Part shown: piece after piece, positions 9,914 to 18,211 of the stretch
Position numbering within the stretch: position 1 is the stretch's first letter
How the letters are laid out: each line of letters opens with the position of its first letter
Assembly (NCBI GenBank): GCA_022841705.1
Contig: JALHQZ010000005.1
Coordinates: forward strand, 33,223-97,222
Source: Pirellulales bacterium
GTDB lineage: Bacteria > Planctomycetota > Planctomycetia > Pirellulales > Lacipirellulaceae
Length of the DNA: 64,000 nt
Reading direction: 5' to 3'
Position numbers and translations under genes: made by a program
The notes under the pieces: generated by a model
Seen by the model: the letters and a program-made list of their open reading frames with translations, nothing else
The model's database searches: none
What the model was told of the DNA's origin: nothing

Positions 9914-11359
9914 ATGAAACTCTCCTACCGCTCCGTACTCGTTGCTCTCTTGTTCACCTGGGCCTCGATGGCCCACGCCCAATTTGGCGGCGGTGGGGGC
10001 GGACTCGGCGGGGGGGGCGGCGGACTTGGCGGCGGGGGTGGGGGTCTCGGTGGTGGCCAACAAGGTGGCGCCGGCCCCTCGGGCGTTGCAGTCGACGCCA
10101 ACGGAGTGCTGCGGCGTGTGATGTCGCAAGACGCCACCGGGCAGCTCGCGCGGCAACGTGCGAACGAAGCTTTGCAGCGCCTGGAAGGCAACCTTGCCAA
10201 GCCCAGCAAGCTCCGGAAGGTTTCGCTGACGCGACTCGAAAAATTGTTGGCCCAGAAACTCGCTGCAGGCAGCGGACCAGACGATACGATGAAAGCGCTC
10301 GCCGGGCTCACCCGGATCGATTACGTGTTTTGCTACCCTGACAGTGGTGATGTTGTTTTGGCGGGTCCCGCCGAACCGTGGGGCGAAGCGCCGGACAATC
10401 GGCTGCGTGGGGTGACGAGCGGCCGCCCGGTGCTCGAGCTGCAAGACCTGATCGTTGCGCTCCGGGCATTCGCGCCGGAAGCACGCAACAACAATCCGCT
10501 GATCTACTGCTCGATCGATCCCACGCCGGAAGGTCTGTCGCGCATGCAGCAGTTTCTCATTCAGTTCGGCCGGCAAGCCACGCCGAACGACACCCAATTC
10601 ATTGTGAATGAGCTGCAGGAAAAACTCGGCCCGCAGGTGATTACTGTCGGCGGTGTGTCGCCCAAGACGCACTTCGCCCAAGTTCTAGTGGAAGCCGACT
10701 ACCGGATGAAGCTCATCGGCATTGGCCTCGAACGCCCGCCGGTGCGGCTCACCAGCTACGTCGAACGGGCAAACCCCGCGATGGTCGGCCGCAACGCGCT
10801 GCAGCGGTGGTACTTCGTGCCTGATTACCAATGCCTGAAGGTGAGCGAAGATGGCCTGGCGATGGAAATCCTCGGCGAAGGGGTGAAGCTGATCGGCGAA
10901 GATGAACTGGTGCAACAAGATGGTTCGCGCAAGGGCGCCGGCAACTCCAACCGGGCGAGCCAAGGGTTCGTTGATTCGTTCACCAAGGTGTATCCCAAGC
11001 TGGCGGCCGTTTCGCCGGTGTACGCGCAGCTTCGCAATTGCATCGATCTCGCGGTTGCCGCGGCGTTCATTCAGCACCAAGACTTCTACGCCCAAACGGG
11101 GTGGGATTTGGCCATTTTCGGCGATGAGTCGAAGTACCCTGTGGAAACGCTCAACGCCCCGGAAAAGGTCGCCTCGGCCGTGAACAGCATTTGGAAGGGA
11201 AGCACGCTGATGACGCCCATCGGCGGCGGCGTGCAGATTCAGCCGACCATGGCGCTCGAATCGGCCAACCAGCAGCAGGATGAGGAGGGCGTGGTCACCG
11301 CGACCCGCGAACAGGTGCAGCCCAAAAATCTGGCTGACACCCAATGGTGGTGGGACTAG
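9914..11359 (+). CDS. secreted hypothetical protein with an N-terminal (GGGGGGL)x3 glycine-rich repeat
   Basis: Start trimmed to MKLSYRSVLVALLFTWASMAHA (signal peptide), followed by QFGGGGGGLGGGGGGLGGGGGGLGGGQQGG and then a ~430-aa globular region. It may be a planctomycete DUF, but I cannot name it with confidence. Confidence 0.6.
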   Translation: MKLSYRSVLVALLFTWASMAHAQFGGGGGGLGGGGGGLGGGGGGLGGGQQGGAGPSGVAVDANGVLRRVMSQDATGQLARQRANEALQRLEGNLAKPSKLRKVSLTRLEKLLAQKLAAGSGPDDTMKALAGLTRIDYVFCYPDSGDVVLAGPAEPWGEAPDNRLRGVTSGRPVLELQDLIVALRAFAPEARNNNPLIYCSIDPTPEGLSRMQQFLIQFGRQATPNDTQFIVNELQEKLGPQVITVGGVSPKTHFAQVLVEADYRMKLIGIGLERPPVRLTSYVERANPAMVGRNALQRWYFVPDYQCLKVSEDGLAMEILGEGVKLIGEDELVQQDGSRKGAGNSNRASQGFVDSFTKVYPKLAAVSPVYAQLRNCIDLAVAAAFIQHQDFYAQTGWDLAIFGDESKYPVETLNAPEKVASAVNSIWKGSTLMTPIGGGVQIQPTMALESANQQQDEEGVVTATREQVQPKNLADTQWWWD

Positions 11360-11421
11360 AGGAGGAGGGATTGGTGATCGGTGACTGGTGATCGGTAACT
11401 CGAAGCCTTTCCGATCACCGA

Positions 11422-12768
11422 TCAGTGTTTCCCCACGACAACAACGCGTAAATCACACACGTTGGTTCCCGTCGGCCCCGTCTTCAACAGACCTCCGCAG
11501 TCGTCGAAAAACGTGTAGGCGTCGTTGCGGGCCAAATGGTCTCGAGCACTAAGCCGGGATCTTCGAGCGATTGCGGTGTCCAGAATCGCCCCAGCGGCGT
11601 CAGTGGGGCCGTCTTCGCCATCAGTGCCGGCACTTACGAGGGCGATGTCCTGGCAGTCGCCGAGCACCTCCAGCGCGGCGAGAGCGAGCTGCTGGTTGCG
11701 GCCGCCGCGACCGCGGAGGGCGGGATCAGCGAGTTTGACGGTCGTCTCTCCGCCGGAGATCAGGCAGTTGGGGTTGCCAGAACTGCGCATTCGAAGGGCC
11801 GTCTCAGCCAAATGCCGGCCGACTTCTTCGGCCGGCCCTTCTGTGGCCGTGGCGCAAAGCATCGCGTGGTTGTAGCCGAGGCGCTCCGCTTCGACGCCCG
11901 CCGCATCCACCGCGACGGCATTGTTGCCCAATATGCGATACTCCAGGGCAGCCGTCACCTCGGCTTCGCCCCGCGCTTCGCGACTTAGCGCCCCGATGGC
12001 CCCAGCGCACTCACTCCGCCCGGCCATGGCGTACCGCTGCAAAATCTCCAGCGCTGCGCCTGGCACCGGCGGCGCCGGAACCGTCGGCCCCGACGCGATG
12101 AGATGAACCGGATCGCCCAACACATCCGACAGCGTGAGGGTCACCAGCCGCCCAGCGCGACACGCCCGCGCCAGACCGCCGCGTTTGATGGCGCTGAGAT
12201 TCGAGCGCACGAGATTGAGTTCTTCAATACTCGCGCCGGCGGCGCTGAGCAGCCGCGTGACGGCGATCTTGTCGGCAAGCGTTACGCCCGGCGCGGGCAG
12301 CGGAAGGAGCGCCGAACCGCCGCCGGAGAGGAGGCAGAGGCAGAGGTCGTTCGGTTGAGCGCTGGCCACGAGCTGCATCATCCGCCGGGCGGCGGTTTCG
12401 CCCTCGGGGCGGGGTTCGTTCACTCCGGCGGGGCGGCCGTGGATGAGCTCGATGTGCTCGAGCGGAACTTCGCTACCGGCGGGGATGGAGAGGAGGCCGG
12501 TGAGTTGTGGCGATGCGAAACGTGCGGGGGCCCGTTCAACAGGAGACGGGGCCGCGGCTAACGCCGCTTCGAGGCCGAGGGTCATTGCGGCGCTCGCTTT
12601 TCCGGCGCCGACGACGAGAACGCGGCCGATGGTGCGCAGGTCAAACTGCAAATCATCCACCAGCAGCCAGTGGCCATCAACCACCACCGCTTCCTGCACG
12701 AGCCGCTCTGGATCAACCGCGGCCACGCCGGCACGCCAGATTCGCAGCGCATCATCGCGGAGGGACAT
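11422..12768 (-). CDS. glycerate kinase (MOFRL family, glycerate 2-kinase/TtuD-like)
   Basis: 448 aa with VLVVGAGKASAAM, LSGGGSALL and GTDGEDGPTDAAGA, which are typical of the DUF4147+MOFRL glycerate kinases. Confidence 0.85.
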   Translation of the reverse strand: MSLRDDALRIWRAGVAAVDPERLVQEAVVVDGHWLLVDDLQFDLRTIGRVLVVGAGKASAAMTLGLEAALAAAPSPVERAPARFASPQLTGLLSIPAGSEVPLEHIELIHGRPAGVNEPRPEGETAARRMMQLVASAQPNDLCLCLLSGGGSALLPLPAPGVTLADKIAVTRLLSAAGASIEELNLVRSNLSAIKRGGLARACRAGRLVTLTLSDVLGDPVHLIASGPTVPAPPVPGAALEILQRYAMAGRSECAGAIGALSREARGEAEVTAALEYRILGNNAVAVDAAGVEAERLGYNHAMLCATATEGPAEEVGRHLAETALRMRSSGNPNCLISGGETTVKLADPALRGRGGRNQQLALAALEVLGDCQDIALVSAGTDGEDGPTDAAGAILDTAIARRSRLSARDHLARNDAYTFFDDCGGLLKTGPTGTNVCDLRVVVVGKH

Positions 12769-12788
12769 CTGTATTTCAGAAAAGATGG

Positions 12789-12958
12789 GGGACGCGGATT
12801 AACACGGATGCAGCGGATTAACGCGGATAACAAAAAGGGGAACGCTTATCTACACTAATTCCCACTAATCTGATTAGCGATGATTAGTGGAGATTAGTGT
12901 TCTTCTTTTCTCTCTATTCATCCGCGCGTATCCGCTGCATCCGCGCTCATCCGCGTCC
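12789..12958. repeat. ~170-bp intergenic element: imperfect ~42-bp inverted repeats built from GCGGAT(T) sub-repeats, flanking an AT-rich core containing CTAATC/GATTAG palindromes
   Basis: The left arm is GGACGCGGATTAACACGGATGCAGCGGATTAACGCGGAT. The right arm reverse-complements to GGACGCGGATGAGCGCGGATGCAGCGGATACGCGCGGAT. It lies between the rpiB stop (12973) and the glycerate kinase start (12768). Confidence 0.8.
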
Positions 12959-12972
12959 ACTATCTTCGTTTT

Positions 12973-13425
12973 TCAGCACACGCCGTTTTCGGTTTCGAGC
13001 TGCCCGATCTTTTCGACGCGGCGGGCGTGGCGGCCCCCTTCGAATTCGGTGGTGAGCCACACTTCGACCATCCGTTCGGCAACGCGGGCGCTGAGGAGTT
13101 CCGCGCCGAGGCACAGGACGTTGAGGTTGTTGTGACGGCGGCTGATTTCCGCGGTGACTTCGTCGCTGCACGGGGCGGCGCGGACGCCGCGGAACTTGTT
13201 GGCGGCGATTGACATGCCAATGCCGGTGCCGCAGATGAGGATGCCGCGGTCGATTTGGCCAGTGCTCACTTTGCGGGCGACGATCGACGCGAAGTCGGGG
13301 TAGTCGACGCTTTCGCTGCCGTTCGGGCCGACATCTTCTACGTCGTGCTCCTTACTGCGGAGCACGTTGAGCACAGCTTCTTTCAGGGCGACCCCACGAT
13401 GGTCGCTGGCGACGGCGATACGCAT
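12973..13425 (-). CDS. rpiB: ribose-5-phosphate isomerase B
   Basis: 150 aa with MRIAVASDHRG, ICGTGIGMSIAANK and NVLCLGAELL. Confidence 0.9.
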   Translation of the reverse strand: MRIAVASDHRGVALKEAVLNVLRSKEHDVEDVGPNGSESVDYPDFASIVARKVSTGQIDRGILICGTGIGMSIAANKFRGVRAAPCSDEVTAEISRRHNNLNVLCLGAELLSARVAERMVEVWLTTEFEGGRHARRVEKIGQLETENGVC

Positions 13426-13524
13426 AACTCGATTACTGGCCTGTTGTCGTGACGGTGCCCTCTCTTCCGCTCCGCCATCAATTTAGCGTCACCCGGCCGT
13501 TTGGGATACTGAGCTTAATTCCCC

Positions 13525-14181
13525 TCAGGAAAGCAGCAATTCGTAGCGGCGGGCGAGCACCAATTTCCGCATCCCAGGCAGAATTCCCGCAAACTCGGGT
13601 GGGAGTTCCGGCAAGCTGACCCGTGACAGCACTTGGTTCATCCGGTGGCAGAGCCGGCCATCGTCGGCGTAGTCGGCCAGGAACCGCACGTCCAAAAATC
13701 GGCCGATGAACCACGCCAGCTCGCCCGGCGATTGGCCGCAAAATTCTTCGATGGCTGTCGTGACCTTTGCCGCGTCGATCGTGGCGACCACTGCATAGTA
13801 CCGGTCCAACAGTTCGGGCGAATCAGAAATCAGCGCCCAATCGAGCAGCAGTTCCACCAGCACGTGCCCCACGAACCACGGCCGCATGCCGGTGCTGTCG
13901 CCGAGCGCTTCGCGAATCTGGCGGGCGAACTCCAGCGACAGCTTGTTGAACGCGGGCAGTTCGTGAAATGCGCCGTCGTCGGCATGGTGCTGCCGCACGC
14001 CGCACGCCAAAGCGGCAAGCTGCGGGTCGGCGTGATTGACGTACGGCTCCGCATGACGCGAGCGGCACTTCACCCGCCGCGCGGTTACGCAGAGCCAATC
14101 GGGCGTAGCGAGCCCGGCCAGATAGTAGCCGTCCACTTGCGGCTGCTGGAGCGCGGCGTAAGCGTGAGCGAAGTAGTTCAA
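13525..14181 (-). CDS. ACP phosphodiesterase-like protein (AcpH/DUF479 family)
   Basis: The N-terminus MNYFAHAYAA matches the MNFLAHLHLA start of AcpH, and the length (~200 aa) is similar. Confidence 0.5.
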   Translation of the reverse strand: MNYFAHAYAALQQPQVDGYYLAGLATPDWLCVTARRVKCRSRHAEPYVNHADPQLAALACGVRQHHADDGAFHELPAFNKLSLEFARQIREALGDSTGMRPWFVGHVLVELLLDWALISDSPELLDRYYAVVATIDAAKVTTAIEEFCGQSPGELAWFIGRFLDVRFLADYADDGRLCHRMNQVLSRVSLPELPPEFAGILPGMRKLVLARRYELLLS

Positions 14182-14249
14182 GAGGGTATTAGCTGTTGGC
14201 TGTTGGCGGTGGACAAGAGCCGGCGACCTACGGTCGGCGGAGTCCCGGT

Positions 14250-14456
14250 TCAGTCGGACTGTTTGCGAAGGAACTCCGTCGTCAGCATCCCGGCGTAGCC
14301 CCAGTTTTCGGGGTCGACTTCGTCGATGATGATATGGGTATGCTCCGGACGTTTTCCCAAGACGCGCACCAAGGTGTCGGTGATCTCCGCGACAATTTGC
14401 GATTTTTGCGCGGGGGTCACTCCGGTTTTCGTGATGCGGACGTTAACGTAGGGCAT
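14250..14456 (-). CDS. 4-oxalocrotonate tautomerase-family protein
   Basis: Start trimmed to MPYVNVRITKTGVT with a Pro-1 catalytic N-terminus. It is 68 aa, a typical tautomerase size. Confidence 0.7.
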   Translation of the reverse strand: MPYVNVRITKTGVTPAQKSQIVAEITDTLVRVLGKRPEHTHIIIDEVDPENWGYAGMLTTEFLRKQSD

Positions 14457-14605
14457 CGGTCGAACATCCTCAGCAGGCGAAATCTGCGGGCAGTGAGAGG
14501 TCAATATTAGAGATGGTAACACAATCGCAATTGCTCGTCCCTACGCTGGGGCCGTGCACAATTCCTTCGCCGCTCGCCAACCGGCACGCCAGCAAGCGGC
14601 GGTTC

Positions 14606-15805
14606 ATGGCGGATGATACCCGCGTGCTGTTTGAAGTGGAGTACCGCGCGGGGGCGCCGATCGACGAGCGCTCGCTCGAAAAGTCCGGCCCGCGGGAAAA
14701 GATCTTCTTCGAGCCGGCCAAAACTAAAGCCGCCATTGTTACCTGCGGCGGGCTTTGTCCCGGCATCAACAACGTCATTCGCAATTTGTACTACACGCTC
14801 AAGGCGAATTACGGCGTGCAGTCGGTCATCGGCATTCGCAACGGGTACGAAGGGCTCAACCCGGCGCAGGGCGAGGCGCCCTGCGAACTGACCGATAGCA
14901 TGGTCGAGCACATTCACCATCGCGGCGGGACGGTGCTGGGCACGTCGCGCGGGCCGCAGGACCCGGTGGTGACGGTGAACTTTCTGGAATCGATGGGCGT
15001 GGACATCTTGTTCACCATCGGCGGCGATGGCACGCAGCGCGGCGCCCACGCGATTGCCGCGGAAGTGACCCGCCGCGGCGCCAAAATCGCGGTGGTCGGA
15101 ATCCCCAAGACCATCGATAACGACATCAAGTTCTGCTACCAAACCTTCGGCTTTCTCACCGCGGTGGCGGAAGCGGAGAAGGTGATCGATCGCGCGCACA
15201 TTGAGGCGACCAGCATGGAAAATGGCGTGGGGCTGGTGAAACTGATGGGGCGTGAAGCGGGCTTCATTGCGGCAGCCGCCACCATCGCCAGCGGTGAAGT
15301 GAACTTTACCCTGATCCCTGAAGCGCCGTTTGAGCTGGCTGGACCACGCGGGTTCTTGCCGAAACTTGCGCATCGACTGCGCGAGCGCAAGCACGCAGTA
15401 GTGGTGGTGGCCGAAGGCGCCGGGCAAGAGCATTTGGCTGACGGACAGGAGGAGTATGACGCCTCGGGCAATCGCAAGCTCGACGACATTGGGCCGTTCC
15501 TCAAGGGGAAGATCGAAGCCTATTGCCGCGAGGTTTCACTGCCAGTGGGCGTGAAATACTTCGACCCCAGCTATTTCATTCGTAGCGCCCATGCCGACGC
15601 GGCCGACAGTTTGCTGACCGAGCAACTTTCGCGGCACGCCGTCCACGCGGCGATGGCGGGGAAGACCGATATGTTCGTCGGCCTGTGGCACAACCACACG
15701 GTTCACGTTCCGCTGGCGCTCAACACCGGCGAGAAGAAACGCTTAGAGACCGACCGCGACATGTGGGCGGCGGTGCTGGCGATTACGGGGCAGGAGGATT
15801 GGTAG
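14606..15805 (+). CDS. pfkA: 6-phosphofructokinase (ATP- or PPi-dependent PFK family)
   Basis: Start trimmed to MADDTRV. It has CGGLCPGINNVIRN, FTIGGDGTQRGA, GIPKTIDNDI and MGREAGFIA. Confidence 0.85.
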   Translation: MADDTRVLFEVEYRAGAPIDERSLEKSGPREKIFFEPAKTKAAIVTCGGLCPGINNVIRNLYYTLKANYGVQSVIGIRNGYEGLNPAQGEAPCELTDSMVEHIHHRGGTVLGTSRGPQDPVVTVNFLESMGVDILFTIGGDGTQRGAHAIAAEVTRRGAKIAVVGIPKTIDNDIKFCYQTFGFLTAVAEAEKVIDRAHIEATSMENGVGLVKLMGREAGFIAAAATIASGEVNFTLIPEAPFELAGPRGFLPKLAHRLRERKHAVVVVAEGAGQEHLADGQEEYDASGNRKLDDIGPFLKGKIEAYCREVSLPVGVKYFDPSYFIRSAHADAADSLLTEQLSRHAVHAAMAGKTDMFVGLWHNHTVHVPLALNTGEKKRLETDRDMWAAVLAITGQEDW

Positions 15806-16376
15806 AAGCAGGGGCTAGGGGCTGGGGGCTGGGGGCTAGGGAAAGGTTCACGATCGGCAAGCCCTGCGTGCGGAGTTCTTCTACCGCATTCGCAACGCCC
15901 AGGGGGTCGCGCGGGTCGAGTTGTTTCACCAGCGCGACCACTTCGTTCGCCTTGTCCGGTTGGCCGAGTTTTTCTAAGCACCAGGCGAGGCCCTGGGCGG
16001 CGGCGAAGAAGGGGGTGTTGGCGGGGTGATCGCCCGGCAAGGGGCCGCGGCATTCGGCGCGGCGGATCGCCTTCTCGCCCAGTTGGTACGCATAGCCGAA
16101 GTGGCCGCGAGCCAAGGGAATATCCTGCGAGAGTTCAAGCGCCAGTTCGCCGAGCAGGTTGTGCGCTTCGAGAAAGTCGCTGCAATCGGCCAAGAGCCAG
16201 CGGAGCTCATCGACCGCGATTTCGCCTTCGCCGGCGGCGATCATGGCGCGGACTTCTTCGAGGTCTTCGGCCATTTCCCGCACCGCCTTGGGGTGCGTGA
16301 AGACCCACGCCGACCCGCTGGCATTGCGATGCACCTGCACACTATTGGGTGACGACTTGGCGGGGCGTTTGGGCAT
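15783..16376 (-). CDS. hypothetical protein
   Basis: 197 aa helical-looking ORF convergent with pfkA, with a low-complexity P/A-rich tail. The antisense ORF 16026-16352 looks less protein-like. Confidence 0.4.
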   Translation of the reverse strand: MPKRPAKSSPNSVQVHRNASGSAWVFTHPKAVREMAEDLEEVRAMIAAGEGEIAVDELRWLLADCSDFLEAHNLLGELALELSQDIPLARGHFGYAYQLGEKAIRRAECRGPLPGDHPANTPFFAAAQGLAWCLEKLGQPDKANEVVALVKQLDPRDPLGVANAVEELRTQGLPIVNLSLAPSPQPLAPASTNPPAP

Positions 16377-16381
16377 TGATT

Positions 16382-17242
16382 CTACGAGACCAATTCCTTA
16401 CCAAGCGCGTAGACCTCGGCGGCGTCGAGCAGGGCGTCGTTCCTGGTGAAAAGCTCTTGGATCGCGCGTTTGTGAAGTTTCATCTTCAGGCCGCCCACCG
16501 CTAGGGCGCCGTAGCAAGCGCAGCCGTGGAGCAGCACGCCTTTGTCGAACGAGCCCACGCCGCCGATGCCCACCGGCGGCGCAGCGTTCAAATCAATCGC
16601 CACTTGCGGCCCAACAGCCGACGAACAAGCGGCGGCGAGCACTTCCATCGGCAGCACTTCCACGCCTGCCGGTCCCGCCGCGAAGACCGACTGCACGCCG
16701 TCGAGTAGTTTCGCGAGTTCACTGTGGCCCGACGACCAGCCACTCACGAGGTTCGCATCGATCTCCGCCCCCACCTTGGCCGCTTTTGCCGGTGAACGCG
16801 AAGCCAGCCGCACATCCACCCCTTCGGCCGCCAGCAGCTTTGCGACGCGCCGGCCAACGGGCCCCGTACCGATGATCGCCGCCGTGGCGCCGTTCCACGT
16901 CACATGCTTCCCCGCCGTAAGTACGGCCGCGGCCGCCGTAGTGTTGGCGCCATTGGGATCGAGCAGCACCGAGTTGCGAATCGGCCCGAAGAAGGCCTTG
17001 GGCACTTCGCGAAATAACGCCTCCGCCGCGGTGATGTCCGACCCGCCAATAAAGATCGCCGTGTGCGCAAGCTCCTTTGGCCCCCGCGTGAACATCGCCC
17101 CGTGCACCAGCCCCTGCACATCGGCCGGCGTTACGCCACCGTGCCGGAGCAGATGATCGGCCCCCGCATCAATCGCCACCACCGCGTCGAAGACGCTGGG
17201 CTGCGGATCGGCGTCGAGACAGAGGAGGATTTTCGCGGGCAT
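16382..17242 (-). CDS. mtdA: NAD(P)-dependent methylene-tetrahydromethanopterin/methylene-H4F dehydrogenase
   Basis: Start trimmed to MPAKILLCLD. It has long collinear similarity to Methylobacterium MtdA (FDAVVAIDAGADH, FIGGSD, FFGPIRNSVLLDPNGANTTAAAAV, IIGTGPVGRRVAKLLAAEG, GIGGVGSFDKG, GGLKMKLHK). Confidence 0.85.
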   Translation of the reverse strand: MPAKILLCLDADPQPSVFDAVVAIDAGADHLLRHGGVTPADVQGLVHGAMFTRGPKELAHTAIFIGGSDITAAEALFREVPKAFFGPIRNSVLLDPNGANTTAAAAVLTAGKHVTWNGATAAIIGTGPVGRRVAKLLAAEGVDVRLASRSPAKAAKVGAEIDANLVSGWSSGHSELAKLLDGVQSVFAAGPAGVEVLPMEVLAAACSSAVGPQVAIDLNAAPPVGIGGVGSFDKGVLLHGCACYGALAVGGLKMKLHKRAIQELFTRNDALLDAAEVYALGKELVS

Positions 17243-17371
17243 GGGAGGGGAGTGAGTCGTGAGTGGTGATTCGTGCATCGGCCAAGTGATAAAAAAACGC
17301 GGCGCGGCGAAAACTAGCCACGCCGCGTTCAAAGCCCTTATCTGGCCGACAGCCGATCGCCGACAGCCACT

Positions 17372-17866
17372 TTAGAACCCACGGAACGGATGCACCGAAT
17401 CTTTACCGGCGATCATTTCGTCGGCGCTCGGCTTGTTACCCATTGCATTGGCGATCGCCATCTTGGTGGCGGTGTAGTTGTAGTCGTGAATCTTCTTGTC
17501 GTCGGTAGCGCCCGGGTGAATGAACACGCCGCACACGCAGACCAGGTCTTCCGCCTTGTTCTTCGGAATGACCCCTTCAGCCACAGAGTCGGCCACCGCC
17601 TTGGCGACGGCGGCTTGGGCTGGGCCGAACATTTGCACCGCTTGCTTCATACCCTTGATGGTCACTTTGGTGATCATCACGGTCGCCGGCTTCACGGCTA
17701 GGTTGGGGGTCAGCACGGCCAGCAGATTGGTGTGGCCTTCACTTTGGTTGGAGAGGGCGTTGGCGAAGGCGATGCCCACGGGGCCCGTCTTGTCGCCAAT
17801 CATCAGGTCAATGTGGGCAATTTCGTTGCCGTCGCCCGCTAGGGCTTCGCCAATGTGCATCGACAT
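17372..17866 (-). CDS. fae: formaldehyde-activating enzyme
   Basis: 164 aa, near-collinear with Fae (GEALAGDGNEIAHIDLMIG, LLAVLTPNL, AVQMFGPAQ, GVFIHP, YNYTATK, HPF). Confidence 0.9.
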   Translation of the reverse strand: MSMHIGEALAGDGNEIAHIDLMIGDKTGPVGIAFANALSNQSEGHTNLLAVLTPNLAVKPATVMITKVTIKGMKQAVQMFGPAQAAVAKAVADSVAEGVIPKNKAEDLVCVCGVFIHPGATDDKKIHDYNYTATKMAIANAMGNKPSADEMIAGKDSVHPFRGF

Positions 17867-18012
17867 AACGCTAAAACTCCGTAAAGAGACAGGATTGAAG
17901 GGCGCTTTGAGGCCGAAAGGGCCGCCCCGCGGAAAGCCCCGTGAGAGGAAACGGTCCGGTGGGGAAGATTATTGCCGCCGCCGGACGAAGCTACCAGTGG
18001 CGCTGGCCTTTT

Positions 18013-18098
18013 ATCAGCCGCCGGGCGCTAGCCCCCGGTCGTTCAGATTGAGTTGACCAGTGTTTTGCACGACCGGGGGCTAGCGCCCGGCGGCTGAT
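18013..18098. repeat. REP-like 86-bp hairpin element, family A copy 1 (ATCAGCCGCC...GCTAGC...loop...GCTAGC...GGCGGCTGAT)
   Basis: ~30-bp perfectly complementary arms and a ~27-nt loop, in the divergent region between fae and the DUF1559 gene. Confidence 0.85.
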
Positions 18099-18211
18099 GA
18101 CCAGGCGAAAACAGGGCCTTCAAACCGTTAAGTGGACAAACGCCCGCAATCCTGAGAGAATAAAAGCTCCGGGGCAGTTGCGGTATTATCGCCGTTCATA
18201 AGGACTTATCG

